64,000 bases of DNA, from the IMG/VR virus record IMGVR_UViG_3300042558_004043. The stretch is one strand, 5' to 3'. Position numbers and translations under genes: made by a program. The notes beneath the pieces were generated by a model. That model saw only the letters and a list, made by a program, of their open reading frames with translations. It searched no databases and was not told the DNA's origin. Position 1 is the stretch's first letter. Each line of letters starts with the position of its first letter. Shown here piece by piece: positions 27,101 through 34,423 of this stretch. This DNA is from a virus. Lineage: Duplodnaviria; Caudoviricetes.

Positions 27101-28357
27101 ATTAGACAACCAACTGCTTCTTTACCGAAAGTTGACCAATTTGTCCAAACGATAAGAACAAATCTTTTGAAAATAATAAAGGATAAGTTAAAAGTTGAAT
27201 CAAGTTCAAATACACCTCAAGTTGTGCAATCAACACAAAATGTGACAAATACTAATGGAGTACCTAACCAATCTAACAGTGTTACTTCCCCAACTACAAC
27301 TACAGGACCAACTTCTAATACCACCACTAATTCAGTTGACCAAACTAAAGTATTAAATGAAGAATTGACAAATAATCCGGCAAGTACAAAATCCGCTAAT
27401 CAAGAATGTACTCCTCATTCTGACTATAATACATTCATAAAGTCTGAAATTGTAAAAAGAACATTGAATGTAAGTGAAATGACTAAGATTGTTAATGAGT
27501 TAACAGGTAACAGTAATAATAGATTGAAATTAGCTCACACCATATTTGCATTTATGTGGTTAAACTCAAATGGTACTAGTGCCGGATTTTCGTCCAATAA
27601 TTTCAATTTTGGAGGTATAGACCTCACAAGTTCGTGGGGGGCGTCTGGAGAAGCGAATTTTATGAAGGAATATTTTTGTTCAACTGACAACGTACCATAC
27701 GCATCATTTGAAAGTACCAATAAGTTTATAACCTTTTTAAAAAATAGGTGGGACTCAAGAATGGTAACAATATCCAAAGATGATTATAAAGAAATAAGTA
27801 AATTTATTATTTTGAATTCAAAACAGGAGATTAAACCGGTAAGTATTTATGATAATTACAATGTTACCGATAAATCAAACATAGAAACTGAAGTTCAAAA
27901 AGCAATATCGGCATATGACGAAGCAAATAGACAATTAAATCCTGCTGAAGTAAAACCAGAACCTTTAAAAACCGAAACTGTATACGTTGCGGGTGTAGGA
28001 TTCGAATCTTTCATCGCCACTGTGGATACATCAGTAGATGGTAAAAGAGAAATATTCTTAGTCACACACGTAGTTAGAGGTACGGCTAGTTGTATTTCAG
28101 AAACTATTTCATATTCATTTGGTAATGCGGTAACATTGAATGTGGGAACTATCTCTAATAACGGACAAAGGTTTGAAGTAACACTTGAGGAGTTATTCTC
28201 TGACTCAGGGTGCGAGGATTCAACAGGTTCTGAAAGTAGAGGTAAATATGAATATAAATTGTGGATTTACACTAATCCTATTTTATCTGACGGAACACTT
28301 GATACTACCAGACGACAAATAATTTCAGGTCCCTACCCTATTACATTCGAACTTTAA
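21170..28357 (+). CDS. 2395-aa baseplate hub protein (gp27/gpD-like halves, large insertion, C-terminal muramidase-like region)
   Basis: N-term GITSISI...VITIELED..G..FYLTIKGY. Later MLGNAMIQPSMYFNL..VPMFSGPYMILDVTHNI...TTITGIRQ. Follows the LysM-like gene. Confidence 0.6.
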   Translation: MADNSENILVEFDYNNITIIDPNKVIDENGNAKDRYVKQEDLVMYANLECKPIPRTKLAVGSNNSDIIRNTSIASINFLKPGGKRILENDYTNNLTGQENLKSENKINSKDEEYYVKQTNLSEGNNGTVDSGLLGITSISIQQNTSFTPVITIELEDVKGRALFESGNNSPYAAFFNMPYPIFYLTIKGYYGKAVRLPLMLQSFNSRYNTSSGNFHITLSMITYKYNVLNEVTMAAAIATPQMYQKNIDIKGVEGGPSQFANISSVSVSLGKQKMHEMYSEYKTKGLIPEDFPEITILQMYYRLENFIKNTLESYIQQNLDPLNNVQEYEKKLREYQGNIATYQKSWKDKYMDNENFYVSNLSGEKLYSFKKEFDEQSKREVALAELKKYITEYNEILNKNETVGTNGFYEINGKRENCTIPNNITFDIFLEIIDKPDDVNLQKTLNQRSTKKKFTDDDISKLNAELGTNMTFNSGKIVMKDGGIVPEYTYYKFGDLNEEQSPVPLFRTFLGEVNRMFKDVKSYREKIQEALTKALTEKIQSKDNGIGFIPTIRNVLSVIFANGEAFLRIMDDVHAKAWEVRDDTDRKKAILDPSVSNANPDNLSSGDNTNLPIYPWPQYIVETAGENGQEKYIVAYPGDPKYSNLTNATSYEKWPEVEFVEEFVNAFVNRNPEIDNPEPVSNEQTDINRLSFNAIEFPVENIVYGNKEEVKFFFEIYERLFYTIYYSRLSRAESSTKEKDLVSSIIAEAEKTNLLYALGTDNPFLIEKIKQYGINSANFETTLRHISNGGTGQSWQNFIRGIFNTSYIRNTVQNSQFEFLNLDEILETKSNPLLSLEKEDEFLNYITGSSSSNSYDYSDIYPLTNLSWCKDKLANGQSISDNKAAFNTTKILTYNKSNKTITNFPYNLSTLEKRPITNFVFENTVVPTADTTTNLVDFYDERVRTKQLVTEGDLIYYNYSGQVGFYQTTSMLNTPFYVNSIQQAVEKFRNYDDYPYTVPAYLFLNSLPLSTLREKFKTYKNSDSNITVEDLDYILASLKKFGAIHKVPYSWILKIGSIYHRYKKYVENNVDILDDCWQNFKQVENFDPVTNVPTRNYGLIINGANIDIVLEKDTIIGTETSTLINTGFYPKLINDFNVFYQGYMIYSTFTDTDIQNGFLSGVTLNYVSEAIIDEPEGFDDTNLMRDLRVIPWSVSIDNIIKTFTYPIPSQGSLLNQTFNECFKKEGNVDKLKLEVKGNQSMYDGSIRNFWAAPHYGYFDLSKIKKPEYDEYIKIIFTESDVLSQENFGLHNPIIGYSKISEIFSAFNTEILDKFEEEFLNFSKSVYDYDVTNLSETLTKTEKSFKNFQFLMREMMKVPKQSTTGATGTEAVSRTQEIQCQTINSYIKEFLNFDYVFKYGNPSSFDKKLFYSFSNKFIEDPYTWEKYTETTPDALPVQGGSVTLTTSQTNFPEEWKTLRIYVGFSDIPELTYKDSGSFITDFFIDLNVGFNVQNIKNFAPIIKIYATQKLTQTQPQTSVSPLPIPPVLPTQQFVGLIIEIFTLNDGSTVTIYKQNENKFSLFRNFSQEIKFVGEQVGMSVETNLNLAKVAITEIYGFYSQSPLDPQYIAAVTTPPEPQFPLVPSSTNNWGKVTFINNMDNYLSAVDRFQGTIVDNLMITLRAKLPLITVENSKGVRKDLDGTQTKLELWESFKATNDKWISGGDFKNKTIFEDLLLLDRASRNIGDTVIADIFHLKNFIMDASPKMSVLSFAQSVLLRNNFMVMNIPSYVNFYNVQDAVKNPKPRPEGTLEFANTLFGTFLNVDYRDSSSKMVCFFISKPSEHLAINKNVDYRFKDDAFDLRKTSNPLVENQVGKTDWDKSNKVVGFNVDIGVQNQQIFQSFDVSQDAGTSTAESLEVINQMANQSGNRGGATQNLSLYNIYKNRSYKCKIMMLGNAMIQPSMYFNLRYVPMFSGPYMILDVTHNIVPGMFHTTITGIRQPTASLPKVDQFVQTIRTNLLKIIKDKLKVESSSNTPQVVQSTQNVTNTNGVPNQSNSVTSPTTTTGPTSNTTTNSVDQTKVLNEELTNNPASTKSANQECTPHSDYNTFIKSEIVKRTLNVSEMTKIVNELTGNSNNRLKLAHTIFAFMWLNSNGTSAGFSSNNFNFGGIDLTSSWGASGEANFMKEYFCSTDNVPYASFESTNKFITFLKNRWDSRMVTISKDDYKEISKFIILNSKQEIKPVSIYDNYNVTDKSNIETEVQKAISAYDEANRQLNPAEVKPEPLKTETVYVAGVGFESFIATVDTSVDGKREIFLVTHVVRGTASCISETISYSFGNAVTLNVGTISNNGQRFEVTLEELFSDSGCEDSTGSESRGKYEYKLWIYTNPILSDGTLDTTRRQIISGPYPITFEL

Positions 28358-28370
28358 ATAATTTATTAGA

Positions 28371-28382
28371 TATTTATAAATA
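28371..28382 (+). promoter_or_regulatory. TATTTAT upstream motif (palindromic TATTTATAAATA)
   Basis: GATATTTATAAATA, just before the ATG at 28390. Confidence 0.5.
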
Positions 28383-28389
28383 AAAATAC

Positions 28390-28614
28390 ATGAGCACCAA
28401 AGAAATATTAGACAGTTATTTAGGTAAGAGTACCCGAATTACTGAAAGAGACAACGGTAATGGTTACAAAGAAGTTTGTGACTTAGATACCGGTGAATGT
28501 TACACTCTTAGAATGAAAGATGGTTTAATTGAAAGAGTTGACAACACTATGAATACCAATAAAAAAATTCAAGTAGAAACTCTAAACGGGGTTAAACAAC
28601 TTTTAAACGGATAA
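28390..28614 (+). CDS. Hypothetical protein (74 aa)
   Basis: Clean ORF filling the gap, preceded by the upstream motif; EVCDLDTGECY. Confidence 0.7.
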   Translation: MSTKEILDSYLGKSTRITERDNGNGYKEVCDLDTGECYTLRMKDGLIERVDNTMNTNKKIQVETLNGVKQLLNG

Positions 28615-28618
28615 TAAA

Positions 28619-29293
28619 ATGGGGATTGATTCTAAAATTTTACAAGAGTTAAATAGATATAATTCTATTAATCGTTACATAACTGAGCAAGAGGTTCCAC
28701 CTCCACCACCTGGTGAAGAGGTCGGAGCAGTTCCTCCACCACCTGGTGACCCGGGAGCAATACCACCTCCAGCAGAAGGGGCTGTCCCACCACCCCCTGC
28801 GGCCCCTGAAACCGCAACTCCTCAGGCAGTAGATGTTGCTACAGACCCTGATGTTGAAAAAATTGGGGAAGAAGGTGCCGAGAAAAAAGGAGAAGAATTA
28901 GAAATTACTGATTTAGTTAAGTCACAAAAAAATATTGAAACAAAACAAGAAGAATATTTTGATAATTTATTTAAACATTTAGAAGATTTAGAAAGTAAAT
29001 TATCTAATATGGACTCTATAGTTACCAAATTAAATGATTTAGAGGCTAAAGTTGAAAAATACAGGACAAAAACTCCTGAAGAAAAACTTGAATTACGTAG
29101 TTTAGACTCAGGTCCTTTTAACCAAAAATTGAGTGATTTTTTTGAGGACAAAGAAATTGATATGGAAAAAACGGGAAAGAATGACTATGTTTTAACTCAG
29201 GATGATGTTGAAGGTTATTCACCTATAGATATCAAAAAAAGTTTTAGAGATTTTGGAGATGAAGAAACAGGGGACTTCACTGAAGTAAGATAG
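28619..29293 (+). CDS. Proline-rich, acidic coiled-coil protein (possible internal head or scaffold-type protein)
   Basis: Poly-Pro repeats followed by a heptad-rich segment LFKHLEDLESKLSNMDSIVTKLNDLEAKVEKY. Confidence 0.7.
   Translation: MGIDSKILQELNRYNSINRYITEQEVPPPPPGEEVGAVPPPPGDPGAIPPPAEGAVPPPPAAPETATPQAVDVATDPDVEKIGEEGAEKKGEELEITDLVKSQKNIETKQEEYFDNLFKHLEDLESKLSNMDSIVTKLNDLEAKVEKYRTKTPEEKLELRSLDSGPFNQKLSDFFEDKEIDMEKTGKNDYVLTQDDVEGYSPIDIKKSFRDFGDEETGDFTEVR
28697..28805 (+). repeat. Coding tandem repeat, G-A-(V/I)-P-P-P-(P) units
   Basis: PPPPPGEEV-GAVPPPPGDP-GAIPPPAE-GAVPPPPAAP; CCTCCACCACCTGGTGA occurs twice. Confidence 0.8.
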
Positions 29294-29294
29294 T

Positions 29295-29321
29295 AAAGTG
29301 GGGTCGAAAGACCCCATTTTT
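29295..29321 (+). terminator. Intrinsic terminator
   Basis: GTGGGGTC-GAAA-GACCCCAT followed by TTTT. Confidence 0.8.
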
Positions 29322-29324
29322 GAT

Positions 29325-29353
29325 TTGACAAACCAACGGCTGACACTTATACT
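29325..29353 (+). promoter_or_regulatory. Canonical sigma70 promoter of the replication block
   Basis: TTGACA (29325-29330), 17-nt spacer, TATACT (29348-29353), 26 nt before the SSB ATG. Confidence 0.75.
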
Positions 29354-29379
29354 TAGTAAACAATTTAAATTTATATATT

Positions 29380-30231
29380 ATGGCGACAAACAATTCTTTA
29401 GATGCGATTCTTTCGCAGTACGAAAATTCAAAACAAGGAGGTTCATCTAACTCCTCAAAAATGTCTCAAGATGAAAGAATGAAAAAGTATTTCGCGGCTA
29501 TCCTAAAGGATAACGAGAAACAGGGTCAAAAAAGACTACGTGTCCTCCCAACAAAAGACGGAAGTTCACCATTCAAAGAAGTATGGTTCCACGAAGTTCA
29601 AGTTGATGGAAAATGGCAAAAGTTTTTTGACCCAGGTAAAAATGACAACGAGCGTTCTCCTTTGTCAGAAGTTTATGAAGAACTTATGTCAACAGGAAAA
29701 GAATCCGATAAGGAGCTTGCAAAACAATATAAGCCACGTAAATTCTATATTGTTAAGGTTATTGACCGTGACAACGAACAAGACGGAGTTAAGTTTTGGC
29801 GTTTCAAGCACAACTACAAGAACGAGGGTATTTTGGACAAAATCATTCCAATTTTCCGTCAAAAAGGAGATATTACTGACCCTGAAAATGGTAGAGATAT
29901 TATTCTTGAGTTGACCAAAGCTAAGACACCAAAAGGTGCAACATATACTGTCATTCAGACAATTATGCATGACGACCCATCTCCTCTACACGATGATAAG
30001 GAGACCAAAGATTCTTGGGTTTCTGATAAATTGGGTTGGGAAGATGTATATTCTAAAAAGCCAGCCGAATACCTCGAAGCTATTGCTCGTGGTGAGGTTC
30101 CACGTTGGGATTCAGATGCGGGTAAATATGCTTATGGAAACTCAATTGAAGAAACAGTTTCTATGGGTGGAAAGAAATCAGTTGTTGACCCCCAATCTGA
30201 AGACGAACCCTCTGACGACCTACCCTTCTAA
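29380..30231 (+). CDS. Single-stranded DNA-binding protein, gp32-like
   Basis: RLRVLP...PFKEVWFH...FYIVKVIDR...VKFWRF...ITDPENGRDIIL; acidic tail ending DDLPF; next to recA. Confidence 0.8.
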   Translation: MATNNSLDAILSQYENSKQGGSSNSSKMSQDERMKKYFAAILKDNEKQGQKRLRVLPTKDGSSPFKEVWFHEVQVDGKWQKFFDPGKNDNERSPLSEVYEELMSTGKESDKELAKQYKPRKFYIVKVIDRDNEQDGVKFWRFKHNYKNEGILDKIIPIFRQKGDITDPENGRDIILELTKAKTPKGATYTVIQTIMHDDPSPLHDDKETKDSWVSDKLGWEDVYSKKPAEYLEAIARGEVPRWDSDAGKYAYGNSIEETVSMGGKKSVVDPQSEDEPSDDLPF

Positions 30232-30250
30232 TATAAAAAAAATATTAATT

Positions 30251-30280
30251 AAACTACCCCTGAAAGATGGGGTAGTTTTT
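30251..30280 (+). terminator. Intrinsic terminator after the SSB gene
   Basis: AAACTACCCC-TGAAAGAT-GGGGTAGTTT followed by TT. Confidence 0.75.
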
Positions 30281-30294
30281 AATCCCTTTAAAAA

Positions 30295-30519
30295 ATGACA
30301 ACTCAAGAAAAAATTACACAAAAATTGTATGAGGCGTTGACAAATAAATACTCCGCCCAAATTTCAGAAGCAGAAGCAACACTAATGGTTTATTTCAATA
30401 ATCCTGTTGGTATTGGAGAACATCCACAACATTTGGAAGAAATGGATAAGTTTGTTGACCAACTTGCAAGTGCGAAAGATAAACTCGAAGCTTTACAGCA
30501 GTTTAAAAAGTATAGTTAA
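30295..30519 (+). CDS. Small hypothetical protein (74 aa)
   Basis: Helix-loop-helix pattern with YFNNPVGIGEHP, which I recall from other phage hypotheticals (unverified). Confidence 0.75.
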   Translation: MTTQEKITQKLYEALTNKYSAQISEAEATLMVYFNNPVGIGEHPQHLEEMDKFVDQLASAKDKLEALQQFKKYS

Positions 30520-30520
30520 T

Positions 30521-31531
30521 ATGGCTATCAAGAAAAAAGAATTAGGTTTAGATTCAATTAAATCTAAATTCTCTACTTCGGCAAAATATAAACCTCAAAG
30601 GTATTTTGACTTGGGTACAGAATTTTTGGATGCGGTTGGAATACCAGGGCCGGCTATTGGGCATATCAATATGTTCTTGGGTCACTCTGATACAGGTAAG
30701 ACCACTGCTCTTGTAAAGGCGGCGGTTGATGCTCAGAAAAAAGGAATTCTTCCTGTATTCATTATCACAGAACAAAAGTGGTCATTCGAACACGCCCGTA
30801 TTATGGGGTTTCAGTGTGAAGAAGTTGTTGATGAATCGACAGGTGAGATTGACTGGGATGGTTTTTATCTCTTTAACAATAACTTCGACTATATCGAACA
30901 AATTACCGAGTATATCAACAACTTGTTGGATGCTCAAGAAAAAGGTGAATTGGATTATAGTTTGTCATTCCTTTGGGATTCCGTTGGTTCAGTTCCTTGT
31001 AAGATGACCTTTGAAGGTAAGGGTGGAAAACAACACAACGCTTCGGTTCTTGCCGATAAGATTGGTATGGGTATTAATCAACGAATCTCAGGTAGTCGTA
31101 AAGCAGATTCAAAGTTTGAAAACACACTTGTGATTGTTAATCAACCTTGGGTTGAATTACCTGATAATCCATTTGGTCAACCAAAAATTAAGGCAAAAGG
31201 TGGTGAGGCAATTTGGTTAAACTCATCTTTGGTATTTTTATTTGGTAATCAAAAAGGTGCCGGTACTACAAAAATTACCGCCACAAAAGATAAGAGAACT
31301 GTTAAATTTGCAGTTCGTACCAAAGTATCTGTACTTAAAAACCACATTAATGGTTTGGGATATGAGGATGGTAAGATTATAGTAACACCACATGGATTTA
31401 TGGCAGGTAAAGAACCGGCCGAAGAAAAGGCATCCATTGAAAGTTACAAAAAAGAACACGCTGAATATTGGAAAGATATTTTGGGTGTGGCTGATTTGGA
31501 TTTTGATTTGAAAGAAGAAGTAGAACCTTAA
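30521..31531 (+). CDS. recA: RecA/UvsX-like recombinase
   Basis: Walker A GHSDTGKT, WDSVGS, IVNQ, KGGEA, VLKNHING. Real start is likely ATG 30521, after the stop at 30519. Confidence 0.9.
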   Translation: MAIKKKELGLDSIKSKFSTSAKYKPQRYFDLGTEFLDAVGIPGPAIGHINMFLGHSDTGKTTALVKAAVDAQKKGILPVFIITEQKWSFEHARIMGFQCEEVVDESTGEIDWDGFYLFNNNFDYIEQITEYINNLLDAQEKGELDYSLSFLWDSVGSVPCKMTFEGKGGKQHNASVLADKIGMGINQRISGSRKADSKFENTLVIVNQPWVELPDNPFGQPKIKAKGGEAIWLNSSLVFLFGNQKGAGTTKITATKDKRTVKFAVRTKVSVLKNHINGLGYEDGKIIVTPHGFMAGKEPAEEKASIESYKKEHAEYWKDILGVADLDFDLKEEVEP

Positions 31532-31542
31532 CCAAATAAAAG

Positions 31543-32547
31543 GTGACCAAAACATTATTAATTGACGGAAACAATTTATTAAAAATTGGATTTCACGGTG
31601 TGAAAGATTTCTTTCACGAAGGTAAACACGTTGGGGGTATTTGGCATTTTCTAAATACCACCCGACGATTTATCGAAGAAGAAAACTTTGATAAGGTGTG
31701 TGTGTTTTGGGATGGTGAGGGAAGTTCTCTCGCAAGAAAAATAATCTACCCCCAATACAAGGAGAACAGAAAACCTGGTTATGACTTTAAAGAAGAATCG
31801 TTTTACGAACAAAAACATAGAGTAAAACAATATCTTGAAGAGATGTTTGTTCGTCAGGTTGATATTAACAACAATGAGGCGGATGACCTTATTGCTTATT
31901 ATTGTCAGATTGCAAACGACGAGAATATAACCATTTTCTCAAGTGATAAAGACCTAACACAACTTATATCACAAAACGTGTCTATATACTCACCTAGTAA
32001 AAGATTAACCTATAAAAAAGGTGATTTTATCAAACTACAAGAGGTTGAGATACCCCACTATAATGTTAAAACTTATAAGATAATTTCTGGTGATAAATCA
32101 GACAACATTGACGGTATCTATTATTTGGGTGAAAAAACATTAGTTAAATTATTTCCTGAGATACTTGACCGCGAGGTTTCTTTTAACGATATTTTAACAA
32201 GAGCCGAGGTATTACTAACCGAGGACAAAGAAAACAAAATTTTACAAAACTTACTTTCAGGTAAAACAAAATCAGGTATCTATGGAAATGAATTTTTTGA
32301 GATTAACAACAAAATCGTGGATTTGTCTAATCCGTTAATCACAGAGGAAGGTAAGGAAATCGTTAAATTATATTATAGTGAAACATTAGACCCCGAGGGC
32401 AGAGGACACAGAAACCTAATCCGTATGATGATGGAGGATGGGTTCTTTAAATTTCTCCCAAAACATGACGAAGCGTGGGTAAACTTTGTAAAACCGTTTA
32501 TGAAATTAACAAGAAAAGAAAAAAAACAATTTAAAACCAAAAAGTAA
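31543..32547 (+). CDS. rnh: 5'-3' exonuclease / RNase H (T4 Rnh, Pol I 5'-nuclease family)
   Basis: LLIDGNN, VFWDG, EADDLIA, SSDKDL, GDKSDNIDGI..LGEKT; GTG start. Confidence 0.9.
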   Translation: MTKTLLIDGNNLLKIGFHGVKDFFHEGKHVGGIWHFLNTTRRFIEEENFDKVCVFWDGEGSSLARKIIYPQYKENRKPGYDFKEESFYEQKHRVKQYLEEMFVRQVDINNNEADDLIAYYCQIANDENITIFSSDKDLTQLISQNVSIYSPSKRLTYKKGDFIKLQEVEIPHYNVKTYKIISGDKSDNIDGIYYLGEKTLVKLFPEILDREVSFNDILTRAEVLLTEDKENKILQNLLSGKTKSGIYGNEFFEINNKIVDLSNPLITEEGKEIVKLYYSETLDPEGRGHRNLIRMMMEDGFFKFLPKHDEAWVNFVKPFMKLTRKEKKQFKTKK

Positions 32548-32553
32548 TTTTTT

Positions 32554-33006
32554 ATGAAAGAGCAAGATTTAACAAAACTTGAGTTTTTGATGATGGTTAA
32601 TGACAACATCATCGTTCAGAGGTATTTTAATGTCCGTGACTACAATCCCGAGGCAAGGTATTCATCTGAACTTTATGAGTTTATTTTAGAATTTAAAAAT
32701 ACTCTCACGCATCGTTTAAAAATGAAAACTGTCGACTACATGCTTGAGAATTCTTATGAGATTCAGGGCAACCCGGCAATTTTGGATACGTCTTATACCG
32801 ATGGACCCGAGCACTTTAACGTCTTTATTAAACATGGGGACATGACAATTTGTCATCGTCAGATTGATGCTAAAATTTTCCCTCCTAAAATAAGATACAC
32901 CGTAGACATCCGTCCTCATATAAAAAGTTTGCTTTCATCACTTACTGACATTTTTTCGGCGAAAAATTTAACTTTTGAATTCGCGGGAATTAGTACTAAG
33001 CGATAA
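32554..33006 (+). CDS. Hypothetical protein (150 aa)
   Basis: Clean ORF within the replication block; no motif recognised. Confidence 0.75.
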   Translation: MKEQDLTKLEFLMMVNDNIIVQRYFNVRDYNPEARYSSELYEFILEFKNTLTHRLKMKTVDYMLENSYEIQGNPAILDTSYTDGPEHFNVFIKHGDMTICHRQIDAKIFPPKIRYTVDIRPHIKSLLSSLTDIFSAKNLTFEFAGISTKR

Positions 33007-33013
33007 TATTTAT
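33007..33013 (+). promoter_or_regulatory. TATTTAT upstream motif (helicase gene)
   Basis: AATATTTATC, 22 nt before the ATG at 33036. Confidence 0.4.
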
Positions 33014-33035
33014 CTAACACAACAATTTATTTTTT

Positions 33036-34418
33036 ATGGCGTCAAACAAAAATTTCGATTATTTAGGGTCTTCTTTTCAAATACAGTTACTGAATCAAAT
33101 TATCATTGATAAAGAATTTGGGAGGTCCATAATTGACGTTATAGAACAACAATATTTTGAAAATAAGTACTTCAAAATCATCTTGCAAATGATTAAGGAG
33201 TATTATTTAAAATATGAACACGTACCGACTTTTGATACCTTAGAACAAATCACCAAATCGGAACTACAACAAGAATTGGCCTCTAAAATTGTGATGGATA
33301 CCATTGCAAAAATTAAAGAGTCACCAATCGAAGGTAGTGGATTCATCCAAGAAAAGGCTCTTAAATTCTGTAAACAACAAGAACTTCAAAAGGCCATTAC
33401 AAAGGCTCAAAAAGTTATTGACGGAGGTGAGTTTGAAAGTTATGACAAACTAGAAGAACTAGTTAGAGAAGCTCTACAAGTTGGAGAACGAGAGGATGGA
33501 ATGGCCGATGTATTCTCTAATTTGGACGATGTACTTAATGAAGACTATCGACACCCAATCCCAATGGGAATACCTGGAATTGACAGATTGTTAAAAGGAG
33601 GTTTGGCGAAAGGAGAATTAGGCGTTATCTTAGCTCCCACGGGAGTAGGTAAATCTACATTCTTAACCAAAATTGCAAATCACTCATTTAATTTGGGATA
33701 CAACGTACTTCAAATATTCTTCGAGGATAACCCAAAAATTATCCAACGTAAACACATCACACTTTGGACAAAAGTCCACCCTGATGAGTTATCAAATAAG
33801 AAAGATGAAGTGATGGATAAGGTTAGAGAGGTACAAAGTAAGATGGAGAACCGTTTAATTTTAAAGAAACTACCATCGGATACTTTAACAATGCTTCAAA
33901 TCAAAAATCAACTTCGCAAGATGATTGCAGATGGAATCAAGTTAGATATGATTGTATTAGACTATATTGACTGTATTGTTCCTGACAAGAATTTGGGTGA
34001 TGAATGGAAGAGTGAGGGTTCGGTTATGAGAGGGTTTGAAGCCATGTGTCACGAGTTGAATTTAGTTGGGTGGACGGCAACACAAGGTAACAGAAGTTCA
34101 ATTTCATCAGAGGTAGTAACTACAGACCAAATGGGAGGTTCAATTAAAAAGGCACAAGTTGGTCACGTTATTATCTCAGTTGCTAAGACATTACAACAAA
34201 AAGAGATGAAACTGGCAACAATTGCTATAACCAAATCTAGAATTGGTGATGACGGAATCGTGTTTGAAAATTGTAAGTTCGATAATGGTATGTTAGAAAT
34301 CGATACCGAAAGTTCTGTAACGTTCTTAGGATTAGAGGAACAGAAAGAAGAACAACAAAGACAAAGAGTAAAAGATTTACTCGAAAGAAGAAAACAAAGA
34401 GAACAACAAAATAATTAA
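33036..34418 (+). CDS. dnaB: Replicative DnaB-like helicase (T4 gp41 family)
   Basis: [30 protein letters not shown]. Confidence 0.9.
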   Translation: MASNKNFDYLGSSFQIQLLNQIIIDKEFGRSIIDVIEQQYFENKYFKIILQMIKEYYLKYEHVPTFDTLEQITKSELQQELASKIVMDTIAKIKESPIEGSGFIQEKALKFCKQQELQKAITKAQKVIDGGEFESYDKLEELVREALQVGEREDGMADVFSNLDDVLNEDYRHPIPMGIPGIDRLLKGGLAKGELGVILAPTGVGKSTFLTKIANHSFNLGYNVLQIFFEDNPKIIQRKHITLWTKVHPDELSNKKDEVMDKVREVQSKMENRLILKKLPSDTLTMLQIKNQLRKMIADGIKLDMIVLDYIDCIVPDKNLGDEWKSEGSVMRGFEAMCHELNLVGWTATQGNRSSISSEVVTTDQMGGSIKKAQVGHVIISVAKTLQQKEMKLATIAITKSRIGDDGIVFENCKFDNGMLEIDTESSVTFLGLEEQKEEQQRQRVKDLLERRKQREQQNN

Positions 34419-34423
34419 TTAAT

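Noticed and set aside
28435-28450. RITE in the 74-aa protein as another (I/L)-T-E leader
   Set aside because: No recognisable core domain begins after it and it would remove a quarter of a tiny protein, so it was not counted.
30407-30520. Track start of recA at 30407
   Set aside because: Overlaps the 74-aa gene; ATG 30521 follows that gene's stop directly.
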